Of a DNA stretch of 64,000 nt, positions 51,335 through 64,000 are shown in pieces (position 1 is the first letter of the stretch; the number at the start of each line of letters is the position of its first letter). The notes under the pieces were generated by a model. That model had not been told where the DNA came from. It was given only the letters and a program-made list of their open reading frames with translations, and made no database searches. The position numbers and the translations under genes were made by a program. Source of the stretch: Piromyces finnis finn (taxonomy: Eukaryota; Fungi; Neocallimastigomycota); assembly GCA_002104945.1 (NCBI GenBank), contig MCFH01000030.1, positions 1 through 64,000 of the forward strand. Direction: 5' to 3'.

Positions 51335-54300
51335 TGGATTTGATTGCTTAAACTAATCAAAAATAAATTGATATTATAATTTTAATAAAAAAAAATTTAT
51401 ATTTTAATTATTAGTAAATTTATATTTATTGAATAGAAAAAATAATAATCTTATTTTCTCATTAATATTTAATTTTTACTAAAAAAAAAAAAATCTAATT
51501 CAACTTCTGGTTTTTTTTTAAAAAAAAAAAAAAAGAAATAAAAGAAAAAGTATAAAGTAAAAAAAAAGTTAATAGAATTAAAAATTTTTTTTAAAATATT
51601 TTTGTCATCCTTCTTTTTCCACACGCTTACATTACGTAATTTTGTATTACATTAAAAATTAATAGAAATAAACTTTTTCATAAAAATATTAAAGTTTTAA
51701 CTTTTTACCTCTTCATCATGAATTTTTGACCAATCCACATCTACTTTGATGTTATTTGTTACACAGAAAGACATTTTAAAGTAATTAAAGCTTAATTAAA
51801 TAAAAAAAGGTTAGAAATAAACAAATTAGGAAATTATTAAAAATTTTAATTTCTATTATTATTAATAAATAAAAAAATAAACATTAATAAAATAAAAGGG
51901 AAAAACTATAAAATATTAAATTAATAATATTTATATAGTTATATAGTTGTATGAATAGAATCTTCATAAATAATAAATAAATAAAATTTTGATTCAAATT
52001 AAATGATAAATGAAATATAAATAAAACATCATAATAATTATTCATTTTATATATTGTACTCTCTATTACTTTCTAATAATCTAACTTTCTTTCGCATAAC
52101 AATAATTTTTGTTATATATGTTTATTTCTTAATTTAACAAAATCAATGTTTTTTTTTTTTTGAAATTTCTCATTGAATAGCCAACAATAGTTATATTTTT
52201 ATAAACTAATTTTTATCTGTCATCTTTTTTCACTTGCTTATTTTTTAATATTTCTATTTCTATTTTTAATTAAATTTAAAATCCATTTAATTTAAATAAA
52301 TAATAAATGTTTGAGAATATATTCGATCATACAGTAATAAATTAATCAAATGAATATAAATAAGCTTTGGTTGTGTATATTAACAGTATATTCATAATAT
52401 ATTAGAATGTTTATCATTATTATTGTTTGTTTATATTATTTATATTTATATTACTATTGTATTACTTTTTGATGTTTTTTAATAGCTTACTAAATTGGTG
52501 ATATTTATATTAAATATAAATATACATATATTGCAATATTATTCATTTATATATTCATGTTTATAATGTTTCTTTCAATAATGGGACTATAATATATTCA
52601 CAATTCAGTTTTTATATATTTTGTTTATAAATAAATTTTTGTATGTTCAAAATTGTTAATTGTAATATATTATAAATATATCAATTGATTATAAATAATA
52701 CATGAATATATAAGGTAATAATACTTTATAATGAATATTATTTATTTTCAATTCCATATATTTATATTATATTATAATTTATGTTTCTATTGAATTTTAT
52801 TTATAATGAGTTGTATTATCATTTTTATTATTGTTGATGATTACACATTAAATATTTATTAATTAAATTTTTTTGTCTATTTCATTGAATTAATTCTTCA
52901 TAAATTAATTAATTAAAAATGAAGAAGTCACAACAAGGTAAAATTATATGAAAAGATTGAAGGTTACTTGTTGAATTGTTATATAATTGATCTTTACTAG
53001 AAAGTATTTTAATTTAATTTAAGAAAGAGTACATTGTTCATTTTAAGGAAGTACATAAAATTGAAACTAAAAATAAATTAATAACTTATCCTTATACATT
53101 ACCTTTTAATAATTAAATAGACATATGCTTGTAAAAAAAAATATATTTTTTTTAAACTATAAAATAAATAATTATTAATTTTTTAAAAAAAAAATAATTA
53201 GTATTAGTCTAAACTTATGAGTAAATACAATTTAAATTATTTTATCATGTTTCTTTTTCTCATTTATAATGGTTAAATTTGTTAAATTTTTTATTGTGTT
53301 TTTTTTTAAATATTAAATACTAATGAATATATTACTGGTATTCTTGATTTTAGTATTTTTGGGTTGTATTAGTGTATTATCATTCATACAATTAAGTTTA
53401 TAATTATTTCATGTTGAATAAAATAAATATGATTTGATTACTATTCTATTAAATACTGAAATTGATGATTTTTAATTATATAAAATGTTTCTTTATATCT
53501 TTATATTGATAACAATATGATATAATCTATTTAATATTATAATTTTCCTTCTTACTAATTGAATAAAAATTAAAATTACTTTCATACTGAAAAAAAATGT
53601 TGTTGATTCTAAATATTATTAATATTATAGACTTATTATTCATTACTAATATTATTTAAAATGTTACTGTTGATAACTTATTCCATTATAATAAATACAT
53701 TTTTAATAATAAATATATTAAATAATTACTTTGATTTAAATGGTATATAATATATCTTCTTTTTAAGGATGTAAAAAGAATAATCACTTTTATAAGCAAG
53801 AAAATAGATAAATTTTATACTTTTATAATAAATAAAAAATTGTAATATATTATACAAAATAAAAGATAATAATTTTTATATTGAAAAAAAAATAAAAAGT
53901 AAATTCTCTTTGAAGTTGTAAAACAAAAAAAAAAATTACAAAAAAAAATTTTTTTTAATGCAACTATTAATATTTTTAATTAATTAAAAAAAAATTTTTT
54001 TAACTATAATTAAAGTATAATTGTATATAAATAAAGTTAAATTTATATAAAAAATGAATAGAAATGCTGGAAGGATCGTATCGAAAAAGTCTAAATAATA
54101 GGATTAAACATAAAAAAAAAAGTAATACTAGTATTAATAATAGTTATAATAAAAGAAAATTATAGTTTTATCATATTAATAAAATTATAATGAATAGAAT
54201 TAGGACAAAATAAAAATAAAGTTCATCGATACGAAAAAAGTGAATTTTATTTTGATAAATTAATATTAAAAGAGAAATGATAAAAAAATTAGACCATAAA

Positions 54301-54596
54301 AAAAAAGTAAAATGCATTTAATACATGATCAATTAATCAATAATTTTGATTTAAATATGATTAATATTACAATAATATAAAATAATATCATAATTTTGGA
54401 TAATAAAAAAATAAAAAAAAAGGTTATAATATTATTACATTTCATTTATTTTTAAAATCATATAACTCAATGTTTCTTTGCTTTTTATTTATTTACCTTT
54501 AATAATTCACTGATATTCTCATGTATTACCATATTTTTTTAATAAACCCTTAATTTTAGATTTTTGTTTTTTTTTTTTATGTTTTGTTTTTTTGTA

Positions 54597-54644
<48 letters not shown>

Positions 54645-57600
54645 TTCATTTATTTATTTATTTATTTATTTATTTATTTTAATTTATTTTATTTTATTAA
54701 TTTAGTTATTAATTTTTTATTTAATGAATGAAAATGTTTATTTAATAAATGCTTTATCTATTCACTAAAATAAATATATACTATTATAGAAAAAGGGTAG
54801 AATAATTATCATCAAAAATTAAATTTCTATAAAAGCCAAAAATTAATTTTCATCTACCATTCATTTCATCGTTACAAAAAATATGTAATAATAGTAATAG
54901 TTTTTATATTAGTAACATTATATAATAATAGTAATTATTTATTTTATTTAAAATGTAACATAATAAGTTTAATATTTTGACTTAAATATATTACTTTATC
55001 ATATATTAATATATAGAATTAGTTTATTTTAATAAATAAATGAAATTAATTAAAAAAACTTTAAATATTTTTTCTTAGTGATAAATTCATTGAATAATAC
55101 ACTATATACTTTTTTATAAAAAAAAATACAATAAAATTGAAATGAATTAGAATGAATGAACCATTATATTATTATATTATATTATTATATTATTTAATTA
55201 AATTTTTATTTATTTTTATTAATGATTGAATAAATTAAAAAACCATAAAGAAAAAATATATAAATTAATTTCTTTTATATAATTATATTATGAGTAGTAT
55301 ATTGTGTAATGTATTACATTAATAAATATATTATGATATATACTAAATATATAATATATGAATATAAATTTTATTTTATTTTTTTTTGTTATTTTGGTTT
55401 GGTTTAATTCATACTATTTTATGGTATAAAAAAGAAAAGTTTTTTAACAAAACATCTTTATGTAAATAAAATGTTGGTGTATTTACTGGTAAGATTAATA
55501 TTTCTTATTCTTAAAGCATATGATGATAACATTTAATATTTTATTGTATTTCTGTTAAATTACTCATTATGTGAAATGATATAAAATGATATATTCTACA
55601 AATATTTCATCTCTTCTACTATTATAATTGAAGTGAATAAATATTAATACATACATAAACCTTTTCTGATACAAAGAATAATTAATAAAATAATATTATA
55701 ATATTATATATAATAGATTTATTTCATAAAACAATAGAAAAAACCTGCAATTGATATTACACTTTTTCCTAATACTTCTTTTATTAATACTTATTAATAT
55801 CCATTTTTTAACCTATTGATTTAATTGTTCTTAATAGGTATTACTTGCAAAAAGATATTATTGAACAGGAATAATATTTTCTATGAATGACCTATTCTAT
55901 TAACGGAAAAATATAAATTTAACTTTAATGATTTATTTTTCTATCATGTAATACAAGGAAAGTAATTTCAATAATCAATAATATTATAATTAAAAAATAA
56001 TGTTACACTAAGTATTTTTAATTCTAAAATGGTACAATTTTGTTATTGTTATATTACTCTATATTATATCTTTATCAATTTTTAATAAGGTTATTCTTTA
56101 TGTTAAAATAAAATTAGATTATCTTAATTCTGATAATTATTGAGTAGTTGTAATTCCTTTTATTACTAGGATGATAATTATACCTCAAATAATAATATAT
56201 ATTTTAATCTTATATAATTATTTATTTTATTATTTTTATTAATAACAATAATTTTTGATGTATATTATATTGTAATTTAATATATTTGTGTAATGTTAAA
56301 TAAATTAAATCTTAAAAAATAAATTATCAAATACAATAATAATTATATTAAATAGCATTTATATTCAATAATATATTTATTATGAGAATAATTTAGACAT
56401 TTTTATTCATATGAAAAATAAAAAAAAAAAAGGTTTGATGAATTTAAACTTTATTTTATAATATAATAAATATTATCTAGTATTGTAAGGTCGATTGGTA
56501 AAATAAATTTTGATAAATGGGATGATTTAATATAAATACATATATTATCTATTGATTGATAATAAAACAATTTTTTAAGTTTTATTTTATTTTACTTTTT
56601 TAATGTAACTCTATGTTAATAAACTTTATTAATTATAAATATGAATAAGTTAAAATGTATTATAAATACTATAATAATATATTATTTGTTTTTTTTATTA
56701 CTATATAGTATGACAAACTATTGTTTTACCTTTAAATTATTGGTTAAAAATAATTTACAAGATAGATAATATATTAGAGTTTAATCTATTTTTTTCTATA
56801 TTTTGTTTTTTTTTTGTTGTTGTTGTTTTTCTATTTTTTTTTTTTGGTATTGTTTTTGTTTTGTTTTATTTTGCTTTTTTTCAAATTATAATAAATCAAT
56901 ATATAAATTAATAAATTTATCAATATTTTTTTAACAAATAAAATATTAATGGTAAATATACTATAATATATACATAATTAAATCCAATATATTAAGTTAT
57001 TAGTAATAATATTTACTACAAAAAAATTATAAAATATTTATAATGTATTTGATAAAAAATATTAACTATATTATAAAGTAAAGTAAAACACTCATATACT
57101 CTAAAAAGAATATTAAAATGAATAAAATAAAAAGAGATTAATAGACATTAGTTACATTTTGATATATAATTATTCTCAACAAAAAAAAATAATAAAAAAA
57201 TTAAAACAAAATATTAATAAAAAATAATATAAATATATTGAATAAAGAAAGTAAATTTTTTTTCAAGAATTATTTCAGCTAAGTATTTGGTATATATTAA
57301 AATAATGAACTTGGTAAGAAAATTAAAATTAATACATTCAATAAATAATAATAAAATACTTTATCAACATATCGTAAATTCATATTATTTAAGAGAAATG
57401 ATTTTAAAATAATAAATTTCTTGTTTACATTTAGATTCTATCATCACGTTTATCTTATTTTTGTTTAATATGTATATCGTAATTATTATAAACAATTTTG
57501 TTTTGTATCCTTACCGCTAATTTTGTATTACCATAAAAAATAAACAATCCTAAAAAAAAATTAATTATTTTTACCTCCTATTTTTTATAAGCATTAAAAA

Positions 57601-58175
57601 AATATAATGTAAATTATAAATTGATCAAGTTTATGATAAAACAATAAAACTGAAAACAAAATAATAATAGATTGAATAATATTAAAAACAATTTTTTTTT
57701 AATGCATATTATTTCAAAAGTTATTTCGAAAAAAAAAATATATATAAATAAAGTACTAAAATATATATATAAATAGGGTATTAAATAATTAATTAGTTGA
57801 TTGGTTGAAATAATGGCAAAAAAAATATATTTTGGTTGGTTTCATTTTTCTTATATAAAGTACCAATAGCTATTATTATAAACAATAAAAATAATATTAT
57901 TTATGTCAATTTTTGTTAAGCAACTTTATTTCAAAAAAAAAATTCTGTTTAAATTCTTTTTATATGTAATATATTATAATTATAATAATATATTACAATA
58001 TATACTTATATATTCAAGGTTTTGTGTAATAATAAGAAAAAAATTATTTTAATTTAAAGATAATTAATTAGTAAATTTAATTTATTATCCTCCTTACTTA
58101 TTGTTAATTAAACTTTAATTTTTAATTATACTAAATTAGTTAAATGAAAATATTCTACTTTTTGAAATCAAATAG

Positions 58176-58345
<170 letters not shown>

Positions 58346-60726
58346 TTAAATTATGATAAAAAAATGAGTAATGTTAACAAAAAAAATTTACATTATTAAT
58401 ATTATTGGTAGTAATTGATAATTTTATTTTGTTATTTTTTATATTATCATATATTAATATACATTATGTAATTCTAAAGAATGATATATATATTATTAAA
58501 TAGAATAAAAAAATAATAGTAAGATTCGAGTACATATTTATCGAGTGAAATAGTAAAACTAATGATATTATATTAATTATATAGTTGATTTTTATAATAA
58601 AAAAATTTTTTTTTTCTTCTATATTTTTAGTTGACTAGTAAAAAATAACTTTATTTTTTATTTTTTTTTTTATATAAACAAATAAGGTTTTTAAAAATAC
58701 TCGTAATACAAAAAATTACATCCAATAAAATAACAAAAAAAAATCAGTTATTCATTTTACAATTATCATGTTATAAAGTCCAAAATTTTTCGATACATTT
58801 TTCATTATTAAATTTATATTTTTTTTAACTCCGACTTTACTAGAAATACATAAAATTATAATATTATCATTTCTGTTTGATTAATAAATAGCATTACAAA
58901 AACGCCAACATTATATAATTTTTATAATTACTATTAATGATATTATTAATTTTTTAAAAAACTAGAATTTAATTTTAAATTATTATTAATAGAAAATACA
59001 TATATTCCATAATTATTTCAATAGTTTATCGTTTGCTTGTTTTTTATTCAAATCTTAAATTGAACATATTATAAAAATTATTTATCATTTTAATTCATTA
59101 CTTTCTAATTATCAATAAAACTACTGTTGTACAAATCTTAATTGTTGATTTTTTTTAAAGTATCTGTTATTTATTTATTGTTAAATACTTTAATAAATAG
59201 TATTACTTTATCAATATTAAGAATTGGAAATTATATATATATATATATTTTTTTATGAAACCCAATTATTATATATTAAACCAAAAATAGTATTTTTCTT
59301 TTTTTTTTTTTTTAAACTTTAGTTAAACACATAACAATAAGTTCTATAATATTCCTTTTTAGTATTAATCATTCTTAAAAGTATATTGACCTAACATTTT
59401 AGTAAACATATACATTATTAAAATAAACCAAAATATATTATAATTAAGATACATTATATTATTATATTATGTTATTATTTGTAAAAGTTTTTTCTTTTTT
59501 TTAATATTATATATTTAAATAATGTTATCTTTTATATCAGTAAAAATAAACTTTATTTCATATAAATTTTAATAAAAAAAAATTATTAAAATAAAATTTT
59601 TTTTGTTAAAAAAAAATGAGTAATTTTTTCCATTCTATATATAGTATATACAAATGCATTTATTTTTTATTGGTATTTTTTATTTGGTACTAATAACTTT
59701 AATAATATTAAAATTATTAAATACATTAAAGAGTTATTTTTTGTTCATAAAAGCCATGTATTTTCAATAAATAAAGGGTTAGAAATAAAATTATAGGAAA
59801 TAATAACATTTAAAATAAAAAGACATCCTATTTATAAATATTATAAATTAAAAAATGGATAATATATTCAACTATATTTATTTTATATTTTAGTTATAAA
59901 TAATAGGTAATATTATTTAAAAAGAAAAAGAAATAAGAAATTTCATAATTCTATATGGTTAGAACTTTAAAATTGAAAAAAAAAAATATATAATATATAT
60001 AATATCTTTTTTAATTTATCTATTTAAAAATTAAATAGCAACAATTATTGTTTTTAGTTTTAAAATAAAAAGAAAAAATGCGTGTATATTTATAAATCTA
60101 AGTTTTCTTTTATTTCAATTACATCTGTTAAAACAAAAACAAAAACAAAAACAAAAAAAAAAACATTTTTTATTTCAAAGTTGCACTATTCCAAATCACT
60201 TTAAAATATATATATTTTTTTATTTCAATCATTTAAGAAAATTATTTTTTTATAGTCTTTTTTCATTTTTTAATTTGTTTGGTTCTTAATTTTTATTAAA
60301 ATGTTTCAAAAAATGCTTTATTATAAAAGTTTCCTTTTTTAAACAACCTTTTTTTTTACCAAAAGTGGTAAAAACTAAAATTAATAAAATAAAAAAGAAG
60401 TATAATATATTATGAACAAAATTATATATAAAATTGAAAGACAACTTTCTTTAAAAAATGTTGATTAATAGACAATTGATTATTTTTTTATTATTTTTAA
60501 TGTTTTATTCAATTATATTTATGTACAACAAAATTCATTTGAGCCAATCATATAAATAGCTAATTAATTTAATATTATAAGTTATAATATGATATTAGTT
60601 TAGATGGAAATAATAACAGCTAATATAAGCAATAAAAATTATTGTATGGCTAAATTATACCACAAAATATAGTAAATTATAAATTGAAATTAAAAATATC
60701 TATTGTAAAAGTTTTATTTGATAAAT

Positions 60727-62986
60727 ATGCCAAAAGATACCACAAATAATATAAAATTAATATTTTCTGATGATTTTAAGCAGGATGCATTTAAAATAAT
60801 AGAATTAACAAAAGAATTAGCTGATGAACTAGAAGAAAATAAAGAAAATACCAAGTAATGAAAAAAAAAAGAAAATTGCTTTTCATTTTAAATTTATATT
60901 CCATTTATGACAATTTACCAATTTATGATTAATTTTATTTTATATTATAATATTTAATTTATTCGTTTTTTTTCCAGGATGGTATTTAGAGGTCTTCCAG
61001 ATGATGAAGCAGTATTTTGTACTAATAATAAAACATATCAAATAAAACATGTTCAAACCACAAATATGATGCTTCTTTTGTATCCAGAACAAGTCAAAGA
61101 ACAGGATGACTCAATGGACATTAATAATAGTACTTCCAATAAATACTTTTTTTATAGCATCAAAGATAATATCTCTTCCTATTATGAACTTATTAAAATT
61201 TCACCAAGAATTAAGAAACTTCATATGATATTATCTGATACTAAATATCATGGTCCTGATGAAGAAGACCGTTTTGACAGGCAAAAGGTATATATATAAT
61301 TATTGTTTTTTTATTATAAATAAAAAAAATAAGGAAGAATAAAATTGAAAAAATATTTTTAAGGATGAAAAAAAAAAAAAAATTAAAAGAAAGTAATTCT
61401 CTATTTTGTAATTTTTTAAAATTTCAATTTTATTTTTTAAATTATAATTTTATCTATTTTGTGAATTTATATACAACACTATTCATCATTTTATTCTGTA
61501 TTATTATAAACATATCTTTTATTAATATTTTCTTTTTTTTTTTATTTCAAAGGTACATTTTTATACTTTAGACGATATTCTTAATGAAATTCAGGCTAGT
61601 GAAGAAGAAATTTTAGAGGGTTTAAAAGAATATAATGCTATTAATATTAATGGTTTGTATTAAATAATAATAAATATAATTATATAAATATATCTATATC
61701 TATATGTATATTCTTCATATTTTTATTTTTATATATTTTCTCTTTCTTTTCTTTTTTTTCTTTTTCTTTTAATATCATTTAAAATATAATTTCAAACTTT
61801 AAAATATTAAATATTTAATTTAATACTTAATTTCAAATTTCATTAATATATGATTTTTTTTTTTTTTTTTTTTTTTTTCTTTTTCTTCCTCTTCTTCTGA
61901 TTTTTAGGTTATTGGAGAATTCTAGATTCCAATTATATTCAAATATTTTTAGAAACTTTATTAAATAACATCGTTATTTATGATCTATCATCAGAACATC
62001 TTCCTCTTAGAAAGATTACAGAACTTTCAATAGAATTTGATTTTCCGGATTTTGTAACTACTCATATTTTGGAAGTTTTTTCAGAAAAGGTGTTTAACGA
62101 AGAGCAAGGTAAAGATAAAAATAAAAATAGTAGATAAAAAAGAAGAGAATGAGAAAATGAAAACGAAAAATATACCTTTTATTTTAAAGATTAAATAATA
62201 TAGAAACTTTTTAATTTAGTAATTATATATATTTGTTATCTAATAAATTATTTTTTTATAGATACTTATTATACCCTTTCTAAGGAAAAAATCACAAAGT
62301 TCCTTGGAATTCAATTGTTAGCTTCTCATATGGTAAATATTTAGTAATAAGAGAGAATACATACTTAATATTATAATAATATAATATAAAATAATATAAT
62401 ATGATATTATATTTTATTTTTAAAAATAATTTAATTTATATATTGTGTGGGTATTAATATCAATAATTATATGTATCCTTTTTTTTTTTTTTTATTCTAT
62501 ATTCTATTATAGCCAAATCCATATGAATATAATGACTTTATGGCAAAATGGAAAGAAATTATTCCAGAAGATTACACTGCAGATATTGAACTCATTAAGG
62601 TAAATATAAGACATATAATTTTTTTTATTGTTATATAATACATATTAATAATATCTATCTTTTTTTTTTTTTTCTTTTCTTATTAATAATTTTATTATTA
62701 TATTTATACTCATTTAATATTTAATTAGGGTTTTTATATTGAGGAAGATGTAACTTTTCAAAATGATAAAAGATTATTGAAGTATTTCCCAATGACTGAA
62801 CTTTCCCATAATATTAAGCAACGTCTGGAGGAACTCTTTTATGCCAAACCAAAATGGAAGGATAGTAGTCTTCTTCCATACTTACAAGATATTGAGTCGA
62901 ATAAAAAGATAATTGATAGAGCTTTGATTAAATATGCAAGATCTTCTCGTGTCGGAAAACAAACTTATTATACCTCTAGATTTTAA
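60727..62986 (+). CDS. DCC1: Sister chromatid cohesion protein Dcc1 (7 exons)
   Basis: Exons about 60727-60854, 60978-61287, 61553-61652, 61909-62108, 62261-62332, 62513-62600 and 62729-62986. Motifs RGLPDDEAVFCTNNKTY, IQASEEEI, GYWRIL, and LF..KPKW...L.PYLQD. Confidence 0.88.
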
Positions 62987-63607
62987 ATATGATAGTTGAA
63001 TAATTATAGAAATACAATAATATAATATGTTTCTTTTATATTACATAACTTTATTTAAAAACAAAAACAAAAATGGAATAGCAATAACAATAATATTTTT
63101 TATAAATAAAATAAAGAATACGATACCAATTTATTCTATAATTTAAAATTTATTTAAATATCAATATTTTAATATATTTTATTTTGCATTTTTTTTTTTT
63201 TTTTAATTTTTTTAAACATGATAATTTAACTCTAAATAAATAATAATAGTAATGTAAATCAATTATATATAAGAAATATAAGTACAATATATATATCTAA
63301 AAGTAAAGAAAATAATGCACTAAATACGCTTGTAATATTTTTTTTTCATTTTGAAATCCAAAAATTTTTTCGAAAATTATAAATATTCAATCTTTTATGT
63401 AGATTATATAAGTATTAACTTTATGAAAAAAGAGATTGAATATTGATAATAAATAAATGCATATTTATAATATATATGTATATATAAATAAAGAAAAAAA
63501 AATTAAAAAAAAAAGAAAAAGGATTTTATATTTTATATTATTATTTAATTTCAATATAGAAAAAAAAAAAACATATATATATATATTTTTCCATTTTAAT
63601 ATAATGA

Positions 63608-63943
63608 TTATTTTTGTATTGGAATTTTAAGAGAATATCTAGCTTTATCTAATATTTCATTTTGGATTTTTGGATAATCTGGCCAGGCTTTCAATACTCT
63701 ATTACAAATGTTAATTGCATCTACAAATTTATTAGCCTTCATATAATTGAATGCTAATTTAAATCCAATAGATGGATTCGATTCTCTTACTAATTTCCAT
63801 GCATTTTCATAATGATATGCGGCATCTACATAAGAAGCTTCTTTTTCCATAATAAATCCCATATATTCCCAAGCTCTAAAACAAGATTTATTATAGGAGA
63901 GTACTTTTTTCAAAAGATCTGTTGCTAAATCAAATTTACCACC
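63608..63943 (-). CDS. TTC21B: Last exon of IFT139/TTC21B (intraflagellar transport A, TPR protein)
   Basis: AWEYMGFIMEKEASYVDAA..AWK..NPSIGFKLAFNYMKA..YPKIQNEILDKARYSL matches the TTC21B C-terminus as recalled; TTTTTAG acceptor at 63944. Confidence 0.9.
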   Translation of the reverse strand, partial: GGKFDLATDLLKKVLSYNKSCFRAWEYMGFIMEKEASYVDAAYHYENAWKLVRESNPSIGFKLAFNYMKANKFVDAINICNRVLKAWPDYPKIQNEILDKARYSLKIPIQK

Positions 63944-64000
63944 CTAAAAAAAAAAAAGATTTAAAAATATTAAATATGAATGAATAAATTAAAAATGAAA

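Noticed and set aside
61365-61571. 68-aa ORF
   Set aside because: Lies almost entirely within DCC1 intron 2 and is low complexity.

Overview
Extremely AT-rich eukaryotic DNA. The spliceosomal introns, Asn-rich proteins and an IFT139/TTC21B cilium gene fit an anaerobic gut fungus (Neocallimastigomycota), which is an inference. Bases 1-44,934 are one continuous island of Ty3/gypsy LTR retroelements ending 15 bp upstream of a tRNA-Ser(GCT)/tRNA-Met(CAT) pair. Host genes follow: an MCFD2/Ssp120-like EF-hand gene, a forkhead factor, DCC1 and the last exon of TTC21B. Element letters are my own labels. Main results: (1) A non-coding LTR element occurs twice (A 1802-7928 +, B 20773-27120 -). It has near-identical LTRs, Tf1-type self-priming signals and only fossil traces of pol. 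Its leader carries a CRISPR-looking array of 7 or 8 ~85-nt stem-loops with compensatory base changes. The related autonomous element X has exactly one such stem-loop just upstream of gag. (2) At least 10 LTR elements or solo LTRs abut with only 2-5 bp spacers, mostly A-runs, forming a stack against the tRNA gene, as expected from repeated Pol III start-site targeting. (3) Swapped target-site duplications show that 7929-20772 is inverted between A and B, splitting two retrotransposons whose reading frames rejoin exactly.
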